Shown: positions 10,977 through 23,520, counted from the stretch's first letter. The stretch is 64,000 nt of DNA from Neoechinorhynchus agilis (GCA_051530055.1 CM121341.1:9898784-9962783); one strand, 5' to 3'. Notes: generated from the sequence alone by a model not told the origin. Made by a program: numbers and translations.

Positions 10977-11869
10977 ATGAGTCAGGAGAGGGTGACAACC
11001 GAACAGAATCAATCGGATAACCAACGAGCCCGAAGGTCCAATCCATGGGGCCAGTTATCATATGAGGATTTAATAGTAGCAGCCATCAATAGTAGTACCG
11101 AAGAACAATTGTCAACAAAGCAAATCTGCAAATATTTATGTGATAATTTTCCGTATTTTGCAGAGCGTAGAAAAGGTGCAATTGCAAAAAATTGGAAGGT
11201 AGCAAAACGATGTTATAAGAAAACGTTTTCATTGTAATTCATTTTTAGACTTCAGTAAGACATAAGTTGTCCGGTTCCCGTAGATTTATCCGAGTGCCAA
11301 TTCCGAACAAACCGAAAATATCTCATTGGCGAATTGATAAAAATTACAGAAGATACCAAGGAAGGCAAAAGAACAGAAATCCTACAAGAACGGATCAGCA
11401 AGCTTCCAGAGTTGGGCATAACCATACAATAGTACGAAATTGGCCATCTCCTCCACTTCGTATAAAACGGCCAAGACCGGACGAAGGACAAGCGCCAATA
11501 GTTCCGCCTCCGACCAGAATAATACGACCATGCAGTTCGTCCGGTCTTATTGTTCGGCGGTTGAGTCCTCAAGAAATCGAAGACCAAACATTGCGAAAAC
11601 AAGATGATGCAGTATCTAAAAGTAGTGGTGTTGGTGGTGGTACAGGAGATGATTCGGATGACAACTCAGGTTCGTCGTCTGAAAGTGGCAACAGCGTTCA
11701 CAATAGACCATCTTCTCAAGCCAATAGAACCGAACAAAATGAGAGCACATTGATGAATCGAGAATCGCCGCCACATTATGAAGCGTTAAATAGCTGGGTG
11801 GACGAAAATGGAGTTGCTCATTCCTCCACGTACTCACCGCGTGATCCATATTATATGGACGACAACTAG
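10977..11869 (+). CDS. FoxO: FoxO-like forkhead transcription factor, copy B (exons 10977-11198 and 11249-11869), apparently intact
   Basis: Same motifs as copy A but with WK retained (AKNWK|TSVRHKLS). GT-AG intron 11199-11248; open to TAG at 11869; AATAAA immediately downstream. Confidence 0.8.
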
Positions 11870-12084
11870 AATAAATTATAGTCATTATAGGTTTACAATA
11901 AACGGAGGGAGGGGAGCTCTCGAAACAAAGAATCATTGTGGTCAAATGAAATGGGGAAAAATAATATATCAAAGACTGACTTTAAAAAGTAAAGTGTAAT
12001 TGGACGAAATAGTTCAAGGTCAGTCTTTGATATAGAATTTTTTCCATGGATATGATCGGTTTCAAGGCACCATTTGTCATGTTT

Positions 12085-12800
12085 TACCGGTTCCAGTATG
12101 CGTCATCAACTCTGTCCATTTTAGATGACCAGCCGTATTTCAATTGCCGCCGCAGCTTTTTGAACGTCCGATCCTGCTTAGTTGCTAACTCGAGCGTTTT
12201 GCGCGACAGCTATATCTCCTCAACGCGTTGTTGGTGATTTGCAGCTAGTATCTTAACATCTACTGAATTCACAATAAATTTCTTCTGATCGTTCGGTAAC
12301 CTCGATAAGCAGTCAGCATACAAATTTGTTTTGCCTTTAACGTATCTTATATCGAAATTGTATTCGTTTAGCATTATCGCCCAACGCACTAACCTTCCGT
12401 AGGTCATCTTGCTGATATCCCTCTGGTACCCGAATATGTGCTTTAACGGTTGGTGATCAGTTTCTAGCATTTTATGTCGCCCATAAAGGTATTTATGAAA
12501 ACGCTTGATTGCGTGCACGATGGCTAAGGCTTCTTTGTCTATGGTAGCATATCGCACTTCCGTGGGATTAAGTTTTCGTGACGTCAACATGATTGGCGCT
12601 TCCCTGGGCCCCTGACCATTGGCTTGAATTAAGGCGGCTCCAATACCATAGTCACTTGCATCGCACGCCAAAATTAGTGGTTTCTTTTCGTCATATAATT
12701 TTAAAGAAATGTGATTCGCGGTAGCTTCCTTGACGCGCTCGAACACCGCTGTCTGCTCCTTCCGCCATATCCAAACAGCTTTAGTCTTTATCAAATCATT
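12085..12800 (-). mobile_element. Ty3/Gypsy RT-connection/RNase H fragment
   Basis: ORF 12210..12794 has ACDASDYGIGA, TDHQPL and RWAIMLNEYNFDIRYVKG..N..AD.LSR. Confidence 0.9.
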
Positions 12801-12807
12801 GGCCGAA

Positions 12808-13790
12808 TAATATGTCCTATATAGAAGACGGAAAAAATTGACTGAATCTCCTACTGCTTGGAAAAACCAATTAGGTTACCATTAAATAGAATAATGCAAT
12901 GGATTATTTATTTTTGTCATAAATTGTCACAGATGGAAAAATGTAACAAAAATAAGAAATGTTAACTTAATTCGGTGTTACCGTGGATGCTAGCGGTCGA
13001 CCTAAAGATTCCGTAGGATCGAATAATTCGAGTGCACAATAGTCCAGAAGATGAGATGGGCTAGGCGATGGAAACTGATTTTTAAGGAATTTTTAAAAAC
13101 GATTCGAAGGCACCGTGGGAGCATGCCAGAAAATGAACAAAAACAATCTATAAGGCTTGGACGGTTCCATTTACGTTGTATGAAGCGCTGGCGAAGGAAA
13201 AATGAGGCTGGGTTCCAAAGTTCTAGGAAGTAATGCTCAAACTCTAGTCTTTTTTCTCTATGAAGTCCTTTGGCGACTAATTAAACTCTTTCTGAAATCG
13301 TGGAGATTGCGAAGATCTTGGGGAGTCTAGAAAAAGACGCACCGACATCCACAATTTATACCGCTGTTTTAATTAATGTACAAGTATTCTACACCGCTGG
13401 ATTCTTAGTTAAGAAATTTTCGAAGTTAAATCGCTTTTAGGAATTGCAGTTATCTGCTGATTGTCGATAATCTGCTATTCTGGAAATTGTTGAGTGATTA
13501 TAAAAACATCTCTAGGACGTTTATTAAGAAAACAAGTCTCATAAATAGAGAAATGCGAATAACTCAGGAAATATTGCAGCTATCCAAAATCTGAAAACAT
13601 GTTTGGAATAAGCTCGTCAAGAAACTCGATTTTACAGTTGAAGAGCGATTCAAACTCTAGTCTTTTTTCTCTATGAAGTCCTTTGGCGACTAATTAAACT
13701 CTTGAGAAGGCGAGATTACCTCGCGAAATATTTCAAATAAATCAAAAATGTTATGACCGGGATTATTTTCACCAAAAGTATACATTGATT
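12808..13790 (+). repeat. Dispersed multi-copy repeat, also at ~20380-22720 and ~59560-60110
   Basis: GCCGAATAATATGTCCTATATAGAAGACGG... at 12812, 20378 and 59563. The sub-unit AAGAAACTCGATTTTACAGTTGAAGAGCG recurs at ~13620, 21099, 21510 and 22560. Confidence 0.9.
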
Positions 13791-14278
13791 AAACCGAAGG
13801 ATTTTCTGTCGATAATTATTATAATAATGGGGAAATTGGGGAACGTGATCATTTCTGGAATATTACGGGAAATATGTTTCGAAGTTTCATTGTGGAAATA
13901 ACCAAAATGACTAACCTCATTAAATGCGTGGGTTCGCATAGCGACATCAACGTTCCCGGTCGTAGCTTCAACCGCCTTCATATTACGGATAAAGGAGTCA
14001 ACGTCTCGATGGACGTAGCCATTCGAATCGTTAGGTCGGCGAGCGGAAACCGCTATCTTCTGATTATAATCTTTACGTTCTTTAACCCGCACGAATCTGC
14101 CTTTAAGTTCATCATACGCCATAGATGCAGAGGCGATTTCGAATTTTGAACAAATTTATATCTCTACTTTTCGAGAAAAGGTAGCCATGGTTACTATTTG
14201 GCAATCATCAATTGGGTATACAATGATACTTTTCAATAAGCAACTAACATTACCAGGGTTTATTCAAAGCTGAAGCCA

Positions 14279-14521
14279 ATGGTGCAATTAAAGAAAATAT
14301 TAAGTCAAAAAGGAGTTCTTGGAAGTCTTGGAATTTCGTTTGTTGTAACGGTTTTTTCCATATACACCGAAGCGTATCTTTTAGGACCCGAATGGATTCC
14401 CGACTTCTTTGTCGTTTTAATCGCAATTCCGATTATCCAGACATTACTTGAAATGCTGAATTGTGATATTCGTGAGGCAATCGACCAAGTTATTGATAAG
14501 ATTGACTTATTTCTTCACTGA
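14279..14521 (+). CDS. Small 80-aa protein with two hydrophobic segments, unknown function
   Basis: ATG-initiated ORF with hydrophobic stretches VLGSLGISFVVTVFSIY and FFVVLIAIPIIQTLL; AATAAA directly after the stop. Confidence 0.4.
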   Translation: MVQLKKILSQKGVLGSLGISFVVTVFSIYTEAYLLGPEWIPDFFVVLIAIPIIQTLLEMLNCDIREAIDQVIDKIDLFLH

Positions 14522-15613
14522 ATAAATAATTGTAAGCCGTTTTGATTTCATATTTCGAATCTACATTTACCAGCTGCGAACTTTTACAGGTTCACGTTTA
14601 GTCCGTGGTCTTTTTCGTTTCACTCCAAATACGTCAACCTTAATTTATAGCTGTTTGAATTTTTCCTAAGAATTACTGCTATAAACTCGAGTATATATTT
14701 TTCTTCAACCTTTTACCCTCATTATCTTCCAAAAATTTCTCTTGTTCTCGCATTGAATCGCACAATCGCGTGCTTCAATTAACTGAGACACAACTAATGC
14801 ACAAGTGCAACCTTTTCGATTAAATTTCACGAATTAAAGACAAATCCTTATCATTCTGTCCAAGTATTCACATTTATCGAGGTATATTTCTTGGTATAGA
14901 TTAACTTAAGTGATTAATTGGATGCGTAGTGATTGTGAGGGCTTATAAACGAGGACTTAGCGGAAATATTCGAAGACGTCGAATGGGAGATGAGAACAAC
15001 GAAGATCGGAATGCGCATGTTTCATCGGTTTAAATACATATTTAAAAGTTGATATTGGGATTACGTCGTGAAAGTTCTCTGCGTTTAATAAGAAACTCGT
15101 TTCACTAAAGGTTTGATTCTAAAGATTAAACGATGAATTTCTTACTAATTAATGGAAAAAATAATGCATTCGATTTTTGTTCAAAATTGTCATTGTAACG
15201 TTTTAACTGAGATTATGTTAATTTCTAAATCCTGCGATAGCGTTAGGAATTACTTAAGTGAATTTTATGTTTCTTCGTCATTATTTATACGCTCTCGAGA
15301 AGCCATGATAATATTAATTATCAAAAGAGCATAGCGTCCAAATTGATTGATATTTTACAAGAACCCTAAAAATTACCTCCTCTTTCACCTGATAATTTTC
15401 TTAGAACAATCAAGAACCGTAATATTCATTTGCGTTTGTGGGTGTATACTAATAGTGCGCTACTCGAAGTTATAAAAACGATTGAAAAATTGATTGTCGC
15501 AATAATTATTAACAACGATTCATATTAACGGAACTCGAGATATGAGTATTATATTTTTCACTAATCCAAAATTATTAAGACAACTTGACCACAGAATGAA
15601 ATCCACTCAAAAT

Positions 15614-16270
15614 TTATTGAGAATAACTCGAATAAACCCGATCAATGATCTTCCATACATCCTCAATTGACCAACGATTTGCAAAATACTCTTTCAAAAT
15701 CGGAACCGATTCTACCGTTCTCTTATTTCTAGAGACAAATTCACTTTTGGCTTCTTTGCGTAAATAGGAATGAATTGTTCGAAAATAGTAGTAGACATAA
15801 AGATCTGCGCAAGTCAATTGGTCAGTGATTATGTAACCACCTTTCCCATAGAGCTGCTCTAATTTTTCAAGTAGAGCGATTGATTTCGGTATTTCCTCGT
15901 CGTAAAACGTTTGCTGCCTTGCTGGGCTTTCATTAGGTGGGACTTGAAAAGCTTGTATAAGTTTTGAGAAATATTCATCAACGATCAAAAGGACTGCATC
16001 GCAACGTGCAGCGTCAATTCGCGTTTTTCCATTCAAGTTATACTTTTTACTGAGGAATCGAATTATCGAGCTTGTTTCACACAGGACTTCATCGTCTACC
16101 TTGAGAACTGGAACTTTGTTTAATGGCATAACGGGTTTATATTTCAAAGGCCAATCTTCAGTTTCAAATCTAAGGTCCGTGAACGGTATACCAATTGCAT
16201 GAAGCATTAGTCGTATAACTTCAGCTCGTCCTTCGAGATCAAAGTAATAAAGGGTGTATTCAGGGAACAT
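15614..16270 (-). CDS. Glutathione S-transferase, sigma-class-like, intronless and intact
   Basis: YTLYYFDLEGRAEVIRLML, MPLNKVPVLKVDD..LCETSSIIRFL, and C-terminal LTCADLYVY (N-capping box). Confidence 0.92.
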   Translation of the reverse strand: MFPEYTLYYFDLEGRAEVIRLMLHAIGIPFTDLRFETEDWPLKYKPVMPLNKVPVLKVDDEVLCETSSIIRFLSKKYNLNGKTRIDAARCDAVLLIVDEYFSKLIQAFQVPPNESPARQQTFYDEEIPKSIALLEKLEQLYGKGGYIITDQLTCADLYVYYYFRTIHSYLRKEAKSEFVSRNKRTVESVPILKEYFANRWSIEDVWKIIDRVYSSYSQ

Positions 16271-16835
16271 CGCGCTTGATGCTAGGTATTCTTTTTCGAC
16301 TAAGAACGAACTTCTGAGGTTTTGCTAAGACTCAAAAGTTTTTCATTGCTCATTGAAGTGAGACTGAGGTGAGCAAAGAGTCGCATTGTCATGATCGAAA
16401 ACTAGATCCTCACTTTATTTGTCGTTGTTGTAGTCCGGGCTAATTTTATTTTCAATTCCCAATAGCGATTCCATCGATTAATTTACAAAATTGGAAACAA
16501 AAATTTAGAGAGATTTAATTGCTCAAAATACAATTGGTAGGGGAATATATCACTAAAGTCTGCACTCGAGATTTTTTGACAGCATTGCAATAATATGCTT
16601 CTTTGTTGTTTAGAAGAAGATTTCAATTATGTTTTAAAGTAACTCACACGCCTAACCTATTGCAAAATATGTTTACGAAAATATCCATAAAATCGATTTT
16701 CACTTGCTTTCAAAAGCACGCTCGTTAGGGCACAATAACCAGTAATTTATTTACCAAATTTCACTAGAACTCTGATATGGCCAATCCGATTCAGCACGCT
16801 TAGTGTGTTAAAAAAACGTACAACAATAAAGCGAA

Positions 16836-17450
16836 ATGAGCAATCCAAAGCAAGTTGAACAAACGATTGAAATCGAAGACGAACCTGTGCTTGATAGTCC
16901 AATGATCAATTCATTATCAGAGAGTCAAATAGCGGAAACTCACAGCGAGTTAGAAAGACAACCAATAACTGAACTTATTATAGATTTACAAACGGATATT
17001 GTGAAGTGTCAGAAAGAGTTGGAAATATATCGGAATAAAGACGAAATCGTAAAAGATGAAATAAATCAAATTAGACTGAATTTGCGTAAATATCGTACAA
17101 TGATGGAACAACGCGTGGAGGAAAATAAAAACAAGTGTAAAAATAAGGCTCGCGAAACAAAATCTCGAGTTACAGTGATGTTATCAAAGCTCAAAACTGA
17201 AATCGATGACATGGAAGTTTTAAATAATAACTTGAGGGAATTGCTCACGAAGGAAAAAAATCAGATTGAGCAACTTAAAGTGGAAATCGATGACTTGAAT
17301 GTACATACTGATGAAGTTGAACGAATGTTGGTTAGAAAAGATCGTCAGATTGATTTCTTAAATAATTGGATCAAGGAATTCGAAAAGACTTATACTTCGA
17401 TGAAGGCTAGGTACCATGCGATTCAAACTGAAAATTCGCGCTGTGTGTAG
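16836..17450 (+). pseudogene. Coiled-coil protein gene, 3'-truncated copy (full copy 51857-52735)
   Basis: Near-identical to ORF 51857..52735 until 17435, where it is fused to a non-LTR RT fragment. Confidence 0.8.
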
Positions 17451-17900
17451 ACGAGGCACTGCAAGAAGTTCAAAGACTTTGTATAGGTGTTCAGCTAAAA
17501 GGTCATGTTCGTCTATCACATCTTGACGATGTTTCCTTGATGGCGGATAACTACGATAATCTGCAACAAATGATTGAGACACTGCAGGGCAAGCTCAAAG
17601 AGAAGGATCCTTTGTTAAGTGCAGAAAAGTGTCAGACATATAGGCAAGCCTATACGAATAATAAAATGTTTTCGATAGAGAACCGTCGGTTCAGATCGAA
17701 GGGTGTTACACTTAAAAGCGATAAAAGAAGGGGACCCGGTGAAATACCTAGGTGTCACCCTAGACGAAGGAATATCGTTGCTGGGCACCCTTTTTGAAGC
17801 GAATGAACGGGCACAACTCTCGCCGACTCAGGCCTTCCACCCGCTGAACGACTATGCAGGCGCATCCTTGGTGGCTAGGCTGCAAGCCTTCTGAAACATA
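17436..17900 (+). mobile_element. Non-LTR reverse transcriptase fragment
   Basis: FALCVDEAL..., DDVSLMAD (degenerate motif C) and PVKYLGVTL. Confidence 0.6.
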
Positions 17901-17914
17901 TCGTCTACCAATCT

Positions 17915-19260
17915 TAGATGTATTGAAGAGCAGTGGATGCCAAAGCTGAAGAAACTCCTGAGCTTTTGAAATTGCTATAGGTCGGTTCGGTTTTTAGCCA
18001 AATGGACCATCATCACGGTAAAGAATGTCGGCACGCAAGATTTCGCGAATTGAGACAAATGACAGAAGAGGATGAGAGACGGTCCCACCACCATGATTCG
18101 ACGGTGCCGATAACCGAGCAGGAGGAAGAGATGCAAGTTCAGGAACAGGAACCCGCTGACCCATATGAAGGCCTTAGCACCCTCTGCTGTAAACAGCCCA
18201 TTTTTAAAGGATGCTTTTGAATTTACGGTGGATCGGGGGAGATGGTTGCTGGAAAGGACTACTTCGTAAATCGATAATCGGTGACTGAAGAAATAATATA
18301 AAGACTACACATTGAAAACGTCGGACTGAGGCAAAGAGGATGGTGTATTATCAATCTCCTGGTTTTAGAAAAAGAAGTGGAAAATCGAAGATCGAGATTT
18401 TATGGAAAAATTAGTTAGTGATATCGCATTTCAACTAACTGGAAAACGGACGAATGCGCTTCATAAAACATCGTTGTAATCGCGTTGTTAAAGTAGAATA
18501 AAACGTCCACATTGGCAGGCAGGCGCCCAGTGGCCGTGCGGTGCGCGCGTTCATAAAGCGCTTGATATGTCGCTGGTTCAACACCACCGGTCGCTGGGTT
18601 CCACGGTTGTGTGAGGCTGCTGGAAGGGGTGGGGTCAGGTTTTGAGATCGCCCATGCCCTGTTCCTTCGAGTGCGGCTAAGCGCCTCCGTTGTGCGCAAG
18701 TTAGCCGAAAGGCTCAAAAAGGAATATAGCCGAAGCTATCAAAGAAGATGTCGCAGGACCAATGAGTGTATGTGGCCCTTGATAATAAAATAAAAATAAA
18801 ACAAATTGGCAGGCAGCTCAATTTATACTTTTCATGGAAAAACATTTTTTGACCCAATTGCCGAAATAAACGTACATCTCTAAACGAAAATCGGAATATC
18901 AACGTTTCCAGTAATTTTGAGAAATACTACTCGCATTGAGCCGCTCGTCCTAAATGCGAAGGTTCCACCATTCGCTTCAAAATCGCTCGATTCATCTTAG
19001 AACAAAAAAGAACGAAGTGAGGAACGCGAGTGCATCGATAGAAAGCGGGCAGCGATTTAGAAGGTACAAAAAATAGAAAAATTCACGGTCTCTGTAATGA
19101 TTTGGCGCCCGTTTAAAAAAATTGTCGTCATTTTTCCGCGACGCAATGGCCGAAATAAACGTATATTTTTAAACGAAAATTGGAATATCGACGTTTCCAA
19201 TAATTTCGAGAAATATTACTCACATTGAGGCGCCCGACCTTGTTACGAATGATCTATTAT
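17915..19260 (+). repeat. Segmental duplicate of ~47080-48110; includes a ~290-bp repeat unit also at 36100, 38755 and 40520
   Basis: CTTAG(A/G)TGTATTGAAGAGCAGTGGATG... shared. GAAAA(T/C)TGGAATATC recurs at 18885/19174 and 47764/48054. Confidence 0.9.
18511..18816 (+). mobile_element. 282-bp retroposed insertion with A-rich tail and 12-bp target-site duplication
   Basis: ATTGGCAGGCAG at 18511-18522 and 18805-18816 flanks a GC-rich insert ending ATAATAAAATAAAAATAAAACAA. The paralogous site at 47683-47694 has a single copy and no insert. Confidence 0.85.
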
Positions 19261-19793
19261 TCGCTCCAAAATCGCTCGATTCATCGTAGAACAAAAAGAA
19301 CGAAGTAGGGAACCAGAGTACATCGATAGAAAGTGGGCAGCGATTTAGAAGGTACAAAAAAATTGAAGAATTCAAGCTCTGTGTAATGATTTGGCGCCCG
19401 TTTAAAAAATTGTCGTCATTTATGTCGAAAAAATTAATTTGTGAGAAGTTGCCATTTAGTCCTCTTGCTCGAAGTGTTTTTAAATTAACGGTGATTTTAT
19501 TCGTTTTCTAGGCGGTTGCATATGAACTGTTTAAAAGTTCAACATTGAACCGATGGATAGTTGCAGGTTTCCTAGAATAGAAACTAACAATCGATTTTTA
19601 AGCCGCTTCGTTCGCTTAGCTCAGTTCATAAATCGCAGCACAATCCAAAATTAACAAATAACGCTTTTTATCCTAATCACATGGACCGCTTTGGGTCGTG
19701 GCCAGAAATTTTAAAAACAATTTTACTTTAAAAAAGTAAAAAACGGAATTGCAACCTAACGTTGAAACGGAAAGTGTCAAACCGCCTGCCAAT

Positions 19794-22700
19794 GTTTTGT
19801 AAAAGTGCACTTAACCTAGGAGCAGAAATTGTTCTCTCGCTCCTGAGCTCGGATACAAACTATCATCTCCTGGAAAAGGATGTTTAATTCGAATAACCTC
19901 GTGCCTAGTCGACATTTCAAAAACTTAAACCGGAAAGCATATTTCTCCTATCCCACTGAAAAATGGCCACCGGTTTTACCTAAACAATCATTACAAAAAT
20001 GACGGTCTAAAAAAGAATCAATCATTTCATCTCTGGAACAATGAGGTTCTACCTAACAACAAAAAAAAGCCCTCACTCATTTACGACTTACTAAATTCCA
20101 AACCCACCACGAGATCTTCACAGTCTTCACAGAGTTCATTTTCCTAAATTTTGCCACTGTGCCGAAGATAACCACGTCTCGGAAAAGTGCCCGAATTCTA
20201 AAAATATTCGTTACAGGACCAAATCTTGAATTTGTTTAGCCGCGACAACGCACCTTTCCCCCCGCACCTCGATACTTGCATTTTCTAGTCCATCGAAGAT
20301 ATTTCTCAAGAATAGCATTCCTATGTGTTGCTCAGCTGGTAGTCTTTTTATAGATATGTTTATTTTTTCCATAGTGGGCCGAATAATATGTCCTATATAG
20401 AAGACGGAAAAAATTGACTGAATCTCCTACTGCTTGGAAAAACCAATTAGGTTACCATTAAATAGAATAATGCAATTGATTATTTATTTTTGTCATGAAT
20501 TGTCACAGATGGAAAACTGTAACAAAAATAAAAAGTGTTAACTTAATTCGGTGTTACCGTGGATGCTAGCGGTCGACCTAAAGATTCCGTAGGATCGAAT
20601 AATTCGAGTGCACAATAGTCCAGAAGATGAGATGGGCTAGGCGATGGAAACTGATTTTTAAGGATTTTTAAAAACGATTCGAAGGCACCGTGGGAGCATG
20701 CTAGAAAATGAACAAAAACAATCTATAAGGCTCGGAGGGTTCCATTTGCATTGTATGAAGCGCTGGCGAAGGAAAAATGAAGCTGGGTTCCAAAGTTCTA
20801 AGAAGTAATGCTGAAGCTCGCCAATGCGAAGCCGATTGCGTTCGGCGATCAAGCTAGTAAAATGCTGACGAAAACCATAACGATGGGACATCTCAGGTGA
20901 AACACAATGACAACATTTAGGAAAATCAGGCAAGGGGCGATGTCCCATTGTTTACAAATATTGCAATGAGACAATACGTAGTCGTCCTTTTCTCTAAATT
21001 GATTTTAGGCGAGAAGCGAATCTAAAAGCAGTTGAATGGACAGGTTTGTTGGGAACATCAATAATCCCGAACGTGTCTAGAGGCTTCCACCATAAGAAGA
21101 AACTCGATTTTACAGTTGAAGAGCGATTCAAACTCTAGTCTTTTTTCTCTATGAAGTCCTTTGGCGACTAATTAAACTCTTTCTGAAGTCGTGGAGATTG
21201 CGAAGATCTTGGGGAGTCTAGAAAAAGACGCACCGACATCCACAATTTATACCGCTGTTTTAATTAATGTACAAGTATTCTACACCGCTGGATTCTTAGT
21301 TAAGAAATTTTCGAAGTTTAATCGCTTTTAGGAATTGCAGTTATCTGCTGATTGTCGATAATCTGCTATTCTGGAAATTGTTCAGTGATCATAAAAACAT
21401 CTCTAGGACGTTTATTAAGAAAACAACTCTGATAAATAGAGAAATGCGAATAACTCAGGAAATATTGCAGCCATCCAAAATCTGAAAACATGTTTGGAAT
21501 AAGCTCGTCAAGAAACTCGATTTTACAGTTGAAGAGCGATTCAAACTCTAGTCTTTTTTCTCTATGAAGTCCTTTGGCGACTAATTAAACTCTTTCTGAA
21601 GTCGTGGAGATTGCGAAGATCTTGGGGAGTTTGGAAAAAAAAGAGTGCCACATTTGAGTTGTTAAGTAGAACCTCATTGTCAGAGCAATGAGATGATTGT
21701 ATTCTTTTTACGCCGTCCTTTTTGATTGAACAAGCATATCGGGCAACTGTTTGATAATGATGGTTTAGGCATGACCGTTGGCCATCTTTTAGTGTGATAG
21801 GCGAAATATGCCTTCCGATTTACGTTTGAAAATGTGGACTAGGCACGAGGTTATTCGAGTTGGCACATCTCAACAGGAGCCCACTTGATGAATCAATATT
21901 GTTCCTGCTCATAAATCTCGTATAGAGTTAAATCGTCCGATAATGAAGAGTTTATGCATTGGTTTCCATCATTCGCAAAATATATAAAATTGCAATTGCA
22001 CCTAAACAAAGGATTTCGTACAAGATTGAAAGAAACTGCTTAGAGGGTTATTATTGATCGTATGGCACAGTAAGGGACAAATCTTTGAAAATTCACGTCG
22101 GAAAAACGATGTGGCTACTAAACTTGCTTTTTTATCCTATAAATCGGTCAATCAATAACAACAATGAAGTTTTCTCGTGCGCCTCTATTTTTCGAGGAGA
22201 ATACGTCTAATCATAGGATCTATCGATGAAATAATTATTGGCTGGTCCAAAAATGTAGAAAACGAAAAAACATATCCAAACCTCACAAAAGACGCACCGA
22301 CATCCACAATTTATACCGCTGTTTTAATTAATGTACAAGTATTCTACACCGCTGGATTCTTAGTTAAGAAATCGCTTTTAGGAATTGCAGTTATCTGCTG
22401 ATTGTCGATAATCTGCAATTCTGGAAATTGTTCAGTGATCACAAAAACATCTCTAGGACGTTTATTAAGAAAACAAGTCTCATAAATAGAGAAATGCGAA
22501 TAACTCAGGAAATATTGCAGCTATCCAAAATCTGAAAACATGTTTGGAATAAGCTCGTCAAGAAACTCGATTTTACAGTTGAAGAGCGATTCAAACTCTA
22601 GTCTTTTTTCTCTATGAAGTCCTTTGGCGACTAATTAAACTCTTAAGAAGGCGAGATTACCTCGCGAAATATTTCAAATAAATCAAAAATGTTATGACCG

Positions 22701-23520
22701 GGATTATTTTCACCAAATTTTAAATTGTCTTCAATATAAACTACGTCATTGAATTTGAACCAGCGTTAATAGTTAGGAAAGAAACGTCATGTTAATTATT
22801 GTGTATCGTACAGTTCACAGCCGGTTTTTATTAGGAAATATTCCATGGCTGACGAGTCTCCGCACCAGAAGGGTTTTCCTTCGCAAATGGGCGATTCAGG
22901 CGCAAAGCAGGATGAAGTTGAGCCTTACATTAAGTTGAAGGTAATCAGTCAAGAGATCGGGGAGGTATACTTTAAAGTGAAATCGAATACTGTTTTGGGT
23001 AAACTCATGAAGTCTTATGCTGAGCGGGTTGGTTTGCCCGTTGGGACTCTACGTTTTATGTATGACGGTAAAAGGATCAACGAGGGTGAAACAGCAAGGC
23101 ATTTGGGTATGGACGACGAGGATTGTATTGATGTGTATCAAGAACAAGTTGGTGGGCACGTTGATTGAGTTACTACTCATGTTCGAGAATAAAATATTTT
23201 ATCTGTTCGACTGTTCAATGAACTCACGGCTGATTTTTGGCTCAAGGCCAAGAAAGCTCTCTAAAGGGAAAAATATTTAATAGAAACCATTCTCCGTTCA
23301 ATTTTTGCCCCGTCTGTTTCAAACGAGACTGATCAATAATGATCTCGCTTCGCATTATTCAATAAAAAGTGGCTTTTGTTATCTCTGTAATTCAATGGTA
23401 TTCGTCGATATTCTCAAGTTTGCTTGCTTTTCTGGCTAAAACATTGCGGAACAACTCGGCGATCGGAGAACGACTTATAATGATCTTAATTATTCTTTTT
23501 TTGTCGCCATCGGCAAAAGC
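19794..23520 (+). repeat. Segmental duplication (with internal deletions) of ~58981-61050, carrying SUMO
   Basis: GTTTTGTAAAAGTGCACTTAACCTAGG at 19794 and 58981; identity resumes around SUMO and ends at CGGCAAAAGC (23520/61050). Confidence 0.9.
22845..23168 (+). CDS. SUMO: SUMO precursor, intronless
   Basis: YIKLKVISQ..EVYFKVK...KLMKSYAER.G....LRFMYDGKRI...T...LGMDDEDCIDVYQEQVGG + HVD extension. Confidence 0.95.
   Translation: MADESPHQKGFPSQMGDSGAKQDEVEPYIKLKVISQEIGEVYFKVKSNTVLGKLMKSYAERVGLPVGTLRFMYDGKRINEGETARHLGMDDEDCIDVYQEQVGGHVD

Noticed and set aside
13769-14122. UBA-like motif (NMKAVEATTGNVDVAM)
   Set aside because: Only half the motif is present, the MGF loop is absent, and the ORF runs into repeat sequence.
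18278-18325. Hammerhead-like CTGAAGA...GAAA (also at ~47450)
   Set aside because: No stem I complement and no credible stem II.
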